A stretch of 44,780 bases of DNA from Catajapyx aquilonaris (lineage: Eukaryota). This document shows positions 12,508 to 25,446 of the stretch, in pieces. Every line of letters begins with the position of its first letter. The first letter of the stretch is position 1. Under the pieces are notes generated by a model, which had not been told where the DNA came from, did no database searches, and worked only from the letters and a program-made list of their open reading frames with translations. The position numbers were made by a program, and so were the translations under genes. The stretch is from positions 1-44,780 of the forward strand of contig KZ538967.1 in the NCBI GenBank assembly GCA_000934665.2, read 5' to 3'.

Positions 12508-15500
12508 TCATAGAGTCGTCTGGTCTTGAGTGTTGCTAGGCTTCCGTTGACGTGGAGGCGATGCAACGTTGGCCCCGGGGTTGGACACACCCGTCTTCTT
12601 AACGCTCTCTCGTCGGATACGCTCTTTTTCCTTCTCCAGTGCTTCGTCCAGGTCACCACTGAGAGACAATGCAGGGTTGATACGTCCGTTCATCTCGGTG
12701 GCAGAGTAGGTGGTGACCGATGTGGAATTCATCACCGAGAGTTCACCCTCAGCAGGTTCCCCGACCTTCAATGTGTCCTCTGGTATGTTGACAATGCACT
12801 GGAATACGTCGTACTTGGGTTGGAGCTTCCCGCTTTCGAAGAGGTACCGCGTGAGACCGGACACTCCAGCGAGGGTGAACAGAGACGCAAGCATGGCCAT
12901 GGTTCGAAAGGGGAACAGCTGGTTCTCCCCGTCCCAACCAGGGTAGTGTATGAGCGGGGGTAGGTGCAGCATGGGTTCGCCACCGGACAGGCGAACTGCG
13001 AAGGCGACGATGTACGCGGATAGGCTTCCGTAGCTGTTGCAGTGGTGCTTGAAGTGTACCACCATCAGGAGTTGAGGGAACAGGATCACGTACACCAGAT
13101 CTGAGCACATTGACCTGAGGACAAGTTGGTGGTACCCGCGCTTGTACACTTGTCCAACACGCTGTTCGACAACAATAAACAAACGTGCAGAGGTACTCAC
13201 CATAATCCGTAGATGCTAGGTATCGTCAGCGCCATAACAGTTGCTAAGCCTCCGACGACAAAAATTGACACCCTCATGACCCATATGATCTCCATCTCTG
13301 AAGCCTGAACAACAATTATCACTTTTACATGTCGTTGCGGTACACACACCAGACAATGTGTAGCAATGAAATGGTCTTACCCTTTGCCTGAATATGAGCC
13401 TGTAGACGTTACGAGCGAACATGGAACTAGCGGACAGGACGCTGGAGTCAGCAGAAGACATGACGGCGGCCGAAACGGCACCGAGTCCAAAAAAGGACAC
13501 TGCTTCTGGAGTGAGGTAGTCCAAGACCAATGGCAGTATCATACTGGTCTGCTCCGTCGTCAATGGGTAGGGTCCGTCGTAATCCGTCTCGTTCCAGGCT
13601 GTAACGATTCAATGGTATACGGTGAACATCCCGACTTGAAGACGGGAATTCGTACTTGTCCCGTCTCCAAGTCGGGACAGCGGTACTCACCAGTGACTTT
13701 ACCGATGGCACCTATGATAACGGGCGGTATGGCCATGAGGAAGCAACCAAAAGCAGCCACGTAGGACAGTATCTGAGCACGGAAGGCGCTCTTGCTGGAC
13801 AGCACCCTCTGGAAGTACACCTGCCAGGGTATACCACCGAAGACCAGCAGTAAACCATTGTCGATGTAACTCCAGAAAAACTTGGACTCGACATGCCCGA
13901 TCCAATCGATACCGGTGCCTGTGAGGTTTCCCACAGCAGGGTGGTACATGGCGAATGGGATGCACAACCACTGAAAGGCCGCAACCGCAGGAGGTCAGGA
14001 GACCCGCAGGTTATAAATAGTCGGAGGTCGGAGGTCAAACTCACCAGACCGACGAAAATGCAGAAGAGCTGGATGACGTCAGTGTAGGCCACACTGTACA
14101 GCCCGCCGAACAGGGTGTAAAAGACGGCGATGCAAGCGCTGACAATCACGCTGGTACGGTGGTCCATGTCGATTATGACGCTAAGCGTAGCTCCTGAGGT
14201 CAAAGGTCAAAAGGTAGGGTCAAGGTTAATCCGGACATTTATAATTAGTTGTGATGAATTTCATATTATCTGTACTGCTGAATAGCCACAGAATGGTGGA
14301 AAATGGCACTTTTCTATGATATCATAGCATCTGAGCAACCAGTGTGCCAAATTTCAGCATTATCAGTAGTCTGAAAGTGAGTTAGGTAGCCCGAACATGT
14401 ATACAAACAAACTTCCAGTTTTATATAAATATAAATATTACATCACCAATTTCGATGAAAGTAGAAGCCCAGTACCCGGAGGCATATACACCCCCGCAAA
14501 GCCCCGGATTCCGTTGGAAAAGGGCGTGGTTGTTCAGAATGCTATTGGTCCCCGGGTAACCCCCTCCGTCTGCATCGATCCCATCCCAGTCCCCAATTGG
14601 GCCGAGAGTCAGGGTATATATAGAAAGACACGATGTATATAGAGGAGACGTACCCAGAGCTGCGAGGATACCGGCTGCCCAGAAGACTTCGCCGCAGAGG
14701 GCGGGTAGGAAGAGCAATCCGCCCATGCGGTCGCCAAAATTGTCTTGTAGAGGGTCCAGCATAGTGACGTATCCCTGCTTGCGCATCTTATTGGCGAAGA
14801 ATAGACCGCCTATGGAAAGAACAATAGAGGAACCATAAGAAAAGCTCAAAAAAATGTTTCGGACATGTGTCTAACAACGCGCATGCGCATCTCGCGCCCC
14901 TTAGTGGCCACATTCTGAACCTACCATCACGGCGGGCAGTTTGAACAAACTGCAGCGTATCTAAGCCTAACTTGGTATACAAAGGCATGTCCGTGGGGAC
15001 TGGGGAGTAATAATTTATCGAGGTCTTCTTGTAACATTAATGCGGTGCAGTAATCTCTGCTCATCCAACAAGGCTTTACAATCATATTCGTCAAGTTTTG
15101 CTATTTCTAGGCGGGAAGGACTATATCGGAAATCGAAGTTTCGAATTGCGCCTCTGTATGACTTGCGCCATTACCGGCCTTCAATTTTATATACGAGGTG
15201 AATTCTTGTCGCAGCCACTTACGTGCACATAAGATGGAGGGTTGGATATGCATACAGAATGAAGATAAGATCAAATCAAACCTTTTTGCAATTCATGGCC
15301 TCAAGGATAAATGACGTATCTTGGACAGATTCATTGTGATAATTAATCAGTGCGAACCAATAATCATTTATGAATGGGCGGAGATTTGCATTACTGTGCA
15401 GTGGTACTTACCAAAGACGAGGCTAAGTGCATAGCCGAATGGAGCCTGGCACCATACCAGTCCTTGTGTGTATATGGCTTCCGCCGTACCATTGATATAT

Positions 15501-15758
15501 CCTCCTCCCACCCACGTGGCTGTCAGAATAAATAGTCAGGCGAATGTTGGATTTGGCAATATGGAAATATCAGGTCAAGCAGAGACCCTGACCTGTCATA
15601 GTGAAAATGCCGACGAACATCCCGATGTTCCGTCCTGCCAACATGACCTCCTCTTCGCTGTCATCGCCGGCGGTCTTTTTCCTGGCAGCCCAGATGCCCA
15701 CGCCAAGGATGAGCAGGTAAAAGAAGACGATGGAGATGACTCCTCCGATGTTGAACAT
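12508..15758 (-). CDS. SLC5A7: high-affinity choline transporter 1 (sodium:solute symporter family), ~595 aa; exons 15758-15593, 15519-15412, 14809-14654, 14193-14045, 13970-13691, 13598-13381, 13304-13201, 13114-12508
   Basis: Family motifs [83 protein letters not shown]. All introns are GT-AG with matching phases; the exon sum is 1788 nt (596 codons including stop). Confidence 0.96.
14244..14432 (-). mobile_element. possible degraded Helitron-like non-autonomous element in a ChT intron
   Basis: Minus strand TATATTTATATAAAACTGGAAGTTTGTTTGT...GCTGAAATTTGGCACAC resembles the 5' part of insect non-autonomous Helitrons; 3' CTAG not clearly intact. Confidence 0.3.
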
Positions 15759-16046
15759 GGTTGCTTCTGGCTGGAATAATATTATCGGATGAAACAGTGC
15801 AGCCAATATTTTACTTTCCTTTTCAACCGTTTTCAACAGTACGTAGCCTACATATTGAATATCATTGTTGACATAGCCGTTGGGCAATCTGTACTATTCT
15901 TAGCTATTGAATTGATTAAGTACAACTATACACCTTGGAGGTATAGTATACAAAATTGCACAATGTGTAGCGTGTCGAGTACGACCAACTATTGACTTTA
16001 AGTCGTCACTGATTAATATTGAAACGAACCGATACAAGCGGAATTG

Positions 16047-16536
16047 TGACGTAAGTCTTTCATGTCAATCTGAAAAAAATTCCGTGATATTGCCAAGTCT
16101 GTTTCTTGTTCTGTAAAATAATTATTGTGACGTCACACGAGCACCGTGATGACATCTTTAAATACATAATGTGTACCTGACGTCAACTGCGAGGTATTTA
16201 TAAAAGACAATTAATTTTCCACATGCAAAAGGCCTGTCTACTTCAGAGAGAATAACATTATTTAATGGCCACGTTTCATTCAGGTATTCTGATCGCGTAC
16301 CTGGCTAATCAGATTTAGTGAAGGAAATGGTAACCTCATTACCGGTCGTGATTTTATTACCGTCGTCGTAATCTGCAAAAAAGGTACTCACTATTAATAG
16401 ATGCGAGTCGAACCTACTTTCTATGGTAAAAATTCGCACCCAAAAGGGGAACGGAAGAGGGCCAAACGCCCCGAACCGGTATCGACGTCGAACCTGGTTC
16501 ATGAGGCCTATAGCGTCTGACGTCAACATGACGTCA
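16047..16536. promoter_or_regulatory. cluster of CRE (CREB/ATF) palindromes in ChT intron 1
   Basis: TGACGTCA at 16128, 16178, 16518 and 16529; TGACGTAA at 16047. Confidence 0.55.
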
Positions 16537-16787
16537 GGGGTTCAAGTAATGATCGTCCATCATGGCCGTGCAGGTAGTGGTCACCTGGATATTATGCAAG
16601 TCTAAACGCAAAAACAACTAGCGAAATTAAATTTTTTTCCTACAAATATGGCCAACTAATATTAACATGTTGCTACACACATTGGGTATGATAGCAAGTG
16701 TGTTCGCAAATGCTTTTTACAATATAAATTGGATTCCCAAATAGGGAATCCATTTTGTCTATACTACCACTAAACAAAATGGCTTAC

Positions 16788-17337
16788 CTTTCTGCAGCTC
16801 TTGTAGCGAAGTCTTGCGCACTGAAGTTTATCTCAAACTAACTGCAACTACGTATTTGTCACCGCACAAAAATAAACTCTATCACAAAATAACCGGCTCC
16901 CCTCCTCTTCTCATATAATTAAAATTTTTCTTAAAATCTCTTGTTCTTTATATTTTTCTAAAGCTTGTGTTAATTATTATTAAATTATTATTATTTTTTG
17001 GTTTGGCGCCCAGTCCGCTTCAGTCGTTTCGTTGAAGGCGACCAGATGAAGAAGCGGGAAGACGTAGTGTTGACCATAAGTGCGGGGGCGTCATTGTCGA
17101 GGTGTGGGGGCAAAAGGGTGGGTGGGAGGGTGGGTGGAGGGAAAAAAGGATGGGAGGAAGGGAAGGAGGGGGAAAAGGGATGGGTTTTAGAGTAAAGGAG
17201 GGTTAGAGAAGTGTGTGTAACCGCAGCAGTCACCCCAGCGCAATGATGTCTTCTGAGAGGGTGTGTTTCGCGTTCTGAAGCCAAGACCGCACATGAGGGT
17301 CCAACTCTACACTTGTGTATGGGTCCAACTACACTGA
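16788..17337 (-). other. putative non-coding first exon of the choline transporter
   Basis: Strong donor GAAAG|gtaagc at 16788/16787; acceptor ttccag just before the ATG exon (~15771); Inr-like TCAGTG at 17337-17332 next to a GC-rich region. Confidence 0.5.
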
Positions 17338-18781
17338 TTAAACCGGAAATTAATTTTCCCGCAAAAAAATAACGGTCACTCCCGGGTCACATGACTGTCA
17401 TGGCTGATCAACGGTTTTTTTTTGGCGGGAAAATTTGGGCGACCGTTCTCTAGGAGGGGACCTCACGTCTGGGGTCGCGGGATCCGGAAACTTTTTGGAC
17501 CGGGAAGGAGGGCTGGCTATTGATTGGGGCATGCGCAGATATCTGGAAGCTGATTTGCTCTAGCGGTGGGTATGGGAATGCGGTACACACGTACAAACCC
17601 CGAGTGTGTATGTGTAGATGTAAAGGGGGGGCGCCGGCGCCATTAACTCACGGCCCACTCACTGAAACTTTGTCGTGACGTAAGCGATAAGGACCCACCC
17701 CTATGGGGGGGGGCAAAAAAGGTTGACCTTTGAACTATACCAGGAGGTGGAGGGGGCATCCTACCTAGGGCTCTTTTGTTAGCCCACGCCTAACTCGTTT
17801 TGGGTCAACAACCACCAAAGTTGATGGAACTGTGGGCGGAGGATGCTGATTAAGGGCATTATTACGGGTGTCAGATTTGATGATGACTGGATGATGAGGG
17901 GATTGGGAAATCTGGGAGTGCCATGAGTAATATTGAGAAAAAAATGCTCTTATCACTACTAAAAATAGTGAAAATGGAACAATAGGACCTACCCCAGAAA
18001 ATATTTAAAACCCATAAATTTTCGCGTTGCTTTTGCATGTTGAAATTCGCATATTTTAGACTCCAATGAAATTAATAGTGGTATTTGAACTTTATGTTGG
18101 TTTTATTATTTTAGACGTTTCTGGCATATACTGGATGATAAGGTTGGCCCTGAAAATATGTACTTTACATTTTAAACAAAGCTATGGACATTGTACAAAA
18201 TAATATGATTGGACTTCACTAAATTTGACATAAAATTGCCATAAAATTACTTTTTATTATAAAATTAGGATGCTTCCTAAATACATACTGTAGTTCAGTA
18301 TGTTTCATTTACCCCATCTGCAACTGACCACCTGCTGATTATACTATTGGATTCTCCTATGGGGCAATTCAGACACTTTTGGGAAAAGGTATGTTTAAAT
18401 TTAATGTGCTATTTTTTCCAAAATAAATAACATATTTAAAAGGGAAGAGCTTATCCTTAGTGATAATTTTAGATTCATTTTGTACAATATTGTACTTTAG
18501 ATATACGGTATGAAAAAAGTTACCATTCGGTGTTGCAAATACCACATCTGACCCTAGATATTCCTCCATGGAATTCTCTGTATGATGAAATTAGAAAATC
18601 AACGTCTAAACAGGACATGCAGTATTTTAAACTGTATACTTCTTCTAAATATTCATAAATATTCGTTGCATTTTTCCATGCAAGTATAGACTGAAATACT
18701 ATTAAAAGAAGGGTGTAAGCAAATAATGTTACGGATCCCCATAACCTCACATTCAGAATCGGCTGATAAATGCTTCAAGAA

Positions 18782-20567
18782 GTAAAGGCCCAACTACTTT
18801 GTGCATTGAATCATATCATTAAGGATTGCAGTTTGATAAAGCATGGAGCAAATTGATGGATGGGGGAGCTTACAAAACCTATTTGCAGATCGCTACAGCT
18901 ATTGTAATTGCAACGTATGAATGATTCATGTGATTTCACACGACAGAATAAAGAACATCCTATGCAAATCAGCCTGGACAGGGCAATACGGTCAAGGTCA
19001 GCATAAGCGTGTGATGAAATGAATTCCTGTAAAGTGAATGAATTCCAGCCTAACTGCTAACTCACATGTGATGAGCAAGAAATATCGTTTGAATAAAATA
19101 ATTGTGGGAAAGCGTTTGCCAATCAGCTGAGAAAAGAATTCATTACAACCAAGTTTGGATCTAAGCAATATATTCATTAATTGATTGAAGTTAATTTTTA
19201 CTGCAGCGTGCAGTATACACATACATGGAACTATCATGCAGTGGAGTGGGGGGAAAAACACCTCGGATGTAATTTGAGAATTTGCTGATGAGTCCATGGT
19301 GCATCCATTATGGGTCACCCTGTACTTTAATTTTAATTATTTCTCGTGAATTGATATTTCATAAGCCTCTGCCATCAGATACAGCGAAGCACGGACAGGT
19401 ATGAGCCAGTTTCAGTCCATCTTGGAAGCTCAGTTACCCATTGGCAGCGCACTTGCCCACGCATGAGCTTCGAGTGTGCACAGAAATTGTGAAATTTTAG
19501 CCTACAATCTACAGTACATAAAATTTAAAATTTTATTGATATTAAGTGCAAATGAAGCTTCCTAAAAGTTTTGCAAGACCAGAGAAGTGGAAGACTGATG
19601 TTAACCACTATACAGGTTGACTCTAAAGTAAGGATACATAGATAGTTGGATTGCATTATTGGTTTACAGTAGTTGTGCCAACTAGCAGATTGTTGTCAGT
19701 CAGTAGAGGATTTAGTTGGTATGGTTGGCACTTGGAGTTGGCACAACTGAAAGCCAACAATGCAATACAATTACCTATGTATCCTGACCCTATAACCCTC
19801 GTCCCCATTATTCCAACCACACTTCCTATTTCAACCATGACGATGTTATGGAAATGGTCCCAAAAATAATTTTGCATCTATTCTATATACATATAGCACT
19901 AATGTGAATCATATTTAGAAACATGACTGTGTCACTTGTCTCAGATAGTCCCTAGAGAACCAGCTATAGTCCGTGTTTATGAATATGACCCCAAACAAAT
20001 AGAGTGCCATGGAATTCACAACATAGCCTTCAACAGATCTGCATTAGAAATAAAAACTCAGATTGCATTAAATATTATTCATCTTATTCCAAAAGAACTT
20101 GAAAAAGGTTCTTACAAAAATGCCCTTTTGGCTTGACAACATACTAATATTCTCCCTTTCAAAGCGTAGGGTCACTCATCCAATCATTACAAATGAACAT
20201 TTATAATTACTCTGGAATCAGTCTTAGCATCTTGTACTTCGTGGGTAGTTACCAACATGGTGTCTCTCAAATTTACGGGTCCCATGTTACTGTCGTCGTC
20301 TGCCATGATGAGATGAGCTGCCTCTTCTGCCCTTGCGCCAACCACCTCTTTGCTGCTGCTGTGGACCACTGTCAAACCTTTTCTTCTTAGAGGCGATCTT
20401 TTCAGGTGGGAATTAAGCTGGAGGTAAGATTTGCACGTACTTCCTCTGTCTGTTATGGACTTATGAATACGTTGTATGCCTTCCGTGTCATGCAATGCAA
20501 ACTGCATTTTATGCATCTGCATTATGACTTTCTCACTGACCTGCCAAATTAATTCACGCATCTTGTC
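18782..20567. repeat. segmental duplication block, direct repeat of ~28340-30005
   Basis: Collinear shared sequence, e.g. AAGGATTGCAGTTTGATAAAGCATGGAG (18820 / 28386), AAAACCTATTTGCAGATCGCTACAGCTATTGTAATTG, CAGGTATGAGCCAGTTTCAGT, TGGAAATGGTCCCAAAA. Confidence 0.92.
20287..20567 (-). pseudogene. 5'-truncated remnant of the ZCCHC7 C-terminal segment (copy D)
   Basis: DKMRELIWQVSEKVIMQMHKMQFALH matches DKMHEVIGQVSETVLTLMHKMQFTLH of the paralogues; an 8-bp insertion (CATAAGTCCATAA) shifts the frame and the homologous frame has CAA>TAA. Confidence 0.85.
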
Positions 20568-20832
20568 AAGGAAAAATCATAGATTGTGCATGATTCTCAG
20601 AAACACAATGGGGTGAATTTTCGTACCACTGATAGATATTGCTAAGCAGTGCCAGTGTTGGCAATGATACTGCTAAGTTAGCAGTAACTACTTAGCAGTG
20701 GGATGCACTGAAATAATAAAGAGGGTCATATCACGACCTGTTTGGATTGAATAGTTCTCTTCACTAATAGTCTACTGTATTAAGGGCAGATTAACCGGCA
20801 TGCATTAGTTGAGCTAATGATTCTGATTGTTT

Positions 20833-23576
20833 CAGGCTGGTTCCATTTCAATCCAGACAGAGGGTGCCCAGTCATGGTCTTCGATTTTTTAAAAAATTTA
20901 TATATGTGAAACCCACATCCAATTGAACCCTTATGGAGCAATCAGTTTTACGAGATTAAATTTAGTTATCGAGATATTAATATTTCTTTCAAGGGGTACC
21001 AAAATAACCTTCACGGGAAGGTGCACTTTTTCCATTGCTTTCAATGAGGACAATTCGGGAACTGTTCTGAAAACCAACATGAAATTTTAAACTCATGCTT
21101 TTGGAATAACACGCTGTTACGTAATGCATAAATTTACCTTATTTAATGGTACAGTCACCTGCAAAAAATCTCCAACATTGCATATTTTGGTCAAAATTTG
21201 CATATTTCGCAATTTATTACGGCGTTATGGTAAGCGTGACGGTTATGCCGATTACATTTTGTGATATACTCGGTGACCCCTTAAAGGTTATGCAATAAAA
21301 CCTTTGTTAGCTCCGCGTGTAGTTGAGATATGCGAGGTGAAAATATGGCAACAAGCGAAAACACGCATATTTCAAAAATTATTTTCTCAAAAACCCCATT
21401 TTTTATTTTTCATTTTTATTTTCTATTTTACACGGACAGACAGGTTTTAAAATGAGGTGGTGTCAAAACCCGGTGCATACTTTTTGTAAGTGAGATACAA
21501 TTTTTTTTTTTGATGACAAATTTCGTTATTGTGCTACAATATAGCACACTTCATATAAATATTTTCTCGAAGAAGCCATTTTAAATATTTAATAGTTATT
21601 TTTTGTATAACAAAGTAGCATGGGTTCTATTATAAAATTATATCAAAATTCGGTATGCACAATGCCGTAATTTACTGGTAGAGTCATCTTCAAAAAAAAT
21701 CGCCAAAAGTGCTTGTTTTGCTGCAAATTCACTTAGTACGCAATTTATTATGGAGTTATTATTAAGGCTATACAAATGAAACCAATTATGTACAATGTTG
21801 TTAAAGGGCATGTTGTAAGGACAAATAATTTCATTAATATCTGCATTCAAAGAAGAAGTAGACGTGGTCAAAGTATGGTCATATGAGAAAACATGTCTGA
21901 AAAATACATTTTTTATTCAAAAATGCAATTTTTTATTGATTTTATTTTCATTTGTGTAGATAATGACGCTCTCTTTCAAAAGATATAGTGTGAAAAAAAG
22001 AAACCTTATGACAATTTATACATTTGTCATGAAGTGGGTTTAACCCAGAGCAACATTCAAAAATATATAACTCAAGTATACGCATATGCCCCGGGTTTGT
22101 AATATATTTTTTGAAAGAGAGCGTCATTATCTACACAAATAAAAATAAAACCAATAAAAAATTGCATTTTTGAATAAAAAATGTATTTTTCAGGCATGTT
22201 TTCTCATATGACCAAACTTTGATCAGGTCTATCTCTTCTTTGAATGCAGATATTAATGAAATTATTTGTCCTTACAACATGCCCTTTAACAACATTGTAC
22301 ATAATTGGTTTCATTTGTATAGCCTTAATAATAACTCCATAATAAATTGCGTACTAAGTGAATTTGCAGCAAAACAAGCACTTTTGGCGATTTTTTTTGA
22401 AGATGACTCTACCAGTAAATTACGGCATTGTGCATACCGAATTTTGATATAATTTTATAATAGAACCCATGCTACTTTGTTATACAAAAAATAACTTAAA
22501 TATTTAAAATGGCTTCTTCGAGAAAATATTTATATGAAGTGTGCTATATTGTAGAACAATGACTAAATTTGTCATCTGAAAAAAAAAGTATCTCACTTAC
22601 AAAAAGTATGTACCGGGTTTTGACACCACCTCATTATAAAACCTGTCTGTCCGTGTAAAATGAAAAATAAAAATGAAAAATAAGAAATGGGGTTTTTGAG
22701 AAAATAATTTTTGAAATATGCGTGTTTTCGCTTGTTGCCATATTTTCACCTCGCATATCTCAACTACACGCGGAGCTAGCAAAGGCTTTATTGCATAACC
22801 TTTCAGGGGTCACCGAGTATATCACAAAATGTAATCGGCATAACCGTCACGTTTACCATAACGCCGTAATAAATTGCGAAATATGCGAATTTTGACCAAA
22901 ATATGCAATGTTGGAGATATTTTGCAGGTGACTGTACCATTAAATAAGGCAAATTTATGCATTACGTAACAGCGTGTTATTCCAAAAGCATGAGTTTAAA
23001 ATTTCATGTTGGTTTTCAGTACAGTTCCCGAATACTCATTGAAAGCAATTGAAAAAGTGCACCTTCCCGTGAAGGTTATTTTGGTACCCCTTGAAAGAAA
23101 TATTAATATCTCGATAACTAAATTTAATCTCGTAAAACTGATTGCTCCATAAGGGTTCAATTGGATGTGGGTTTCACACATATATATATATATATACTAG
23201 CAGGATACCCGGCGTTGCTCGGGTTATGAAATACTTTTCCATAGGAGTGACCCATTGATTTGGTAGTAATCTTTGCAATAATTATGGCTATACAATGTCG
23301 GCATACCTGTAACATGGAGCATTGCATGTATACATGAAGTCCAAGCAACACACTAAGGATGTCATATTGTAAGAAAATACACAATGCACCTCCAAAATCC
23401 AGCAAAAGTATGTAATGAAAAATTGAAGGTTGTGCAGTAAATGTAGAATGTAGAAGCTCCAGCATGGTAGCTTACAATCTGACATCCATTGTGTGTTTNA
23501 TATATATATATATATTTAAAAAAATCTAAGACCATGACTGGGCACCCTCCGTCTGGATTGAAATGGAACAAGACTG
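20833..23576. mobile_element. fold-back DNA transposon: ~1.15-kb inverted arms (20833-~21987 / ~22103-23576), ~115-bp spacer, no transposase
   Basis: Ends CAGGCTGGTTCCATTTCAATCCAGAC ... GTCTGGATTGAAATGGAACAAGACTG|TA; arms are near-identical, which is why the ORF track gives the same peptide at 21638-21871(-) and 22219-22452(+). Confidence 0.9.
23198..23515 (-). mobile_element. Helitron-like insertion nested in the right arm of the fold-back element
   Basis: Absent from the left arm; minus-strand 3' end CCCGAGCAACGCCGGG hairpin followed by TATCCTGCTAG|T; sits in a (TA)n tract. Confidence 0.7.
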
Positions 23577-23936
23577 TAGGTTAATTAATGGGTAAATATG
23601 TAAATATGTCTGAGGATAAGGCTTCCTTCGCTCCGGCGAGTAGAGGGGACGTCCCTGGCGGGGTCGTTGAGGTGCAAGGGAGGTGCCATACACGTCGGCG
23701 TGGCCAGGGCGTCCGGAGTAGTGGCTGGTGGCGAGGGGGGGCTTGTTTTTGACGAAGTACAGTATTGCATAGTGTAATATTTACATTTAATATTGAGTGT
23801 CTGTTTTTGAGGTGGGCAGGGGTGGGGGGTGGGACGGGTTGTTTTTAGGTTTATTCTCGTGAGTTTTATTAGTTGATATATGTTGGGTTAGCTTGCGTCT
23901 CCCTTCATCGCTGACTACCCCTCATAGGGAAATGTC

Positions 23937-23963
23937 GTGTTGTTGTTGTTGTTGTTGTTGTTG
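23937..23963 (+). repeat. (TTG)n microsatellite, possibly the tail of a retroelement fragment (~23580-23963)
   Basis: About nine TTG units; homology to the duplicated ZCCHC7 3' flank resumes immediately afterwards (GTCACTGATCTGCAATAG). Confidence 0.7.
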
Positions 23964-24354
23964 TCACTGATCTGCAATAGTCCTAATAGAGTAGACCAGG
24001 CTATTCCTGCCTAGATCCAGACCTTGCTAGTCCATGTTTCTGAGTATGACCTGATATGACCCCAAGCAAATAGAGCACCATGCAATTCACAACATATACC
24101 TGCAACAAATCTGCATTAGAAATATAAACACAGATTGCATTCAACATTATTCATTTTATTCCAAAAGAAAGTGGAAAAGTTCCTTACAAAAAAGCCCTTT
24201 TCACTTGACAACTTATATTCTCGCATTCAAAGCATGGGGTCACTCATTCAGTCATTACAAATGAACATTTATAATTACTCTGAAATCAGTCTTAGGATCT
24301 TGTACTTCTTGGGTAGTCACCAACATGGTGTGTCTCAAATTTAAGGACCCCATG

Positions 24355-25446
24355 TTACTGTGGTGGTCTGCCATGATGAGATGAGCTGCCACCATGAGAT
24401 GAGCCTCTGCCTCCTCTGCCCTTGCGCAAACCATCTCTTTGATGCTGAAGTGGACCACTGTCAAACCTATTCTTCTTAGAGGGGATCTTTTCAGGGGGGA
24501 ATTGAGCTGGAGGTAAGCCTTGCACATACTTCCTCTTTCTGTTATGAAGAAGTTGTATGCCTCTCATGCCATGCAATGTAAACTGCATTTTATGCATCAA
24601 TGTTAGGACTGTCTCGCTCACCTGCCCAATTACTTCATGCATTTTGTCTTTCATTTTCAAGTGCTCAATCCTTTCCACTGCTCCCTGATATTCTTGGATG
24701 TGCAGCTCCCACTGATTCAGGTCCCTGCGAGCAAACAATTCAATGTAATGAAACAGGGCGCTCCTGATGTCTTCCTCGCTCAAGGGTCCCACGGTGAGTG
24801 CTTGAAGGGCCATGAGCAAAGCCTGCACATGCTCCTCTCCACCACTGAGGCCTGCATGGCACATCACCACCAAGTTCAGCTGCCATTCGGTCATCTTGGC
24901 AGTTACCCATTTCTCCTTATGCCTCCTACTGTAATGGGTCTTGAGTGTCTCATACAAATATAGGGCTGACTCTCGCGGATTCTTTACGGAGTCCATGAAC
25001 CAGATGAGCTTGTCATTCAGGACCGCATGGTTTTGCAAATGGATTCGTTCTTCTTTTGGCATTGGAATAGGTGGCATGTTGACATCTCGGAGAAGTACTT
25101 CCGGAAAAGCTGGAATTGCCATCAATGAGGGCAACTGTGGGATCGGACAATAATTTGTTTGCGTTCTGCCACTACCACTTTCTGTCATGGTGCTAGGGCC
25201 TGGAAATCCTGAGCCAGCAGTCTGATCACTGCCTGCTTCTGTCTCCAAATCTTCAATCTCCTCTAACTTTACCAGGGCATCTTTTGGCAGAGCTGCAACC
25301 CCCTGGTTCACACTGGATGCAGTAACTTCACTCGTGCTTGGCATGGCCCTTTGAGCCTCTTCTGCTGCATCCTTCCTGTGGTTTTCCATGATGACCACAG
25401 GTATACATGGTGTAGGCTGCAATTTGGGACATACATGTAGGTGCAT
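24355..25446 (-). CDS. ZCCHC7 C-terminal-domain-only paralogue (copy C); likely start 25389 (MENHRKD, 344 aa) or spliced in at 25416
   Basis: Uninterrupted ORF collinear with 34965-36176: LNDKLIWFMDS...ESALYLYETLKT...WQLNLVVMCHAGLSGGEEHVQALL...MHEVIGQVSETVLTLMHKMQF. Expression not shown. Confidence 0.7.
   Translation of the reverse strand: MHLHVCPKLQPTPCIPVVIMENHRKDAAEEAQRAMPSTSEVTASSVNQGVAALPKDALVKLEEIEDLETEAGSDQTAGSGFPGPSTMTESGSGRTQTNYCPIPQLPSLMAIPAFPEVLLRDVNMPPIPMPKEERIHLQNHAVLNDKLIWFMDSVKNPRESALYLYETLKTHYSRRHKEKWVTAKMTEWQLNLVVMCHAGLSGGEEHVQALLMALQALTVGPLSEEDIRSALFHYIELFARRDLNQWELHIQEYQGAVERIEHLKMKDKMHEVIGQVSETVLTLMHKMQFTLHGMRGIQLLHNRKRKYVQGLPPAQFPPEKIPSKKNRFDSGPLQHQRDGLRKGRGGRGSSHGGSSSHHGRPPQ

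Noticed and set aside
21638..22452. Two ORFs with nearly identical 77-aa peptides on opposite strands
   Set aside because: A consequence of the inverted arms; AT-rich with no coding signature.
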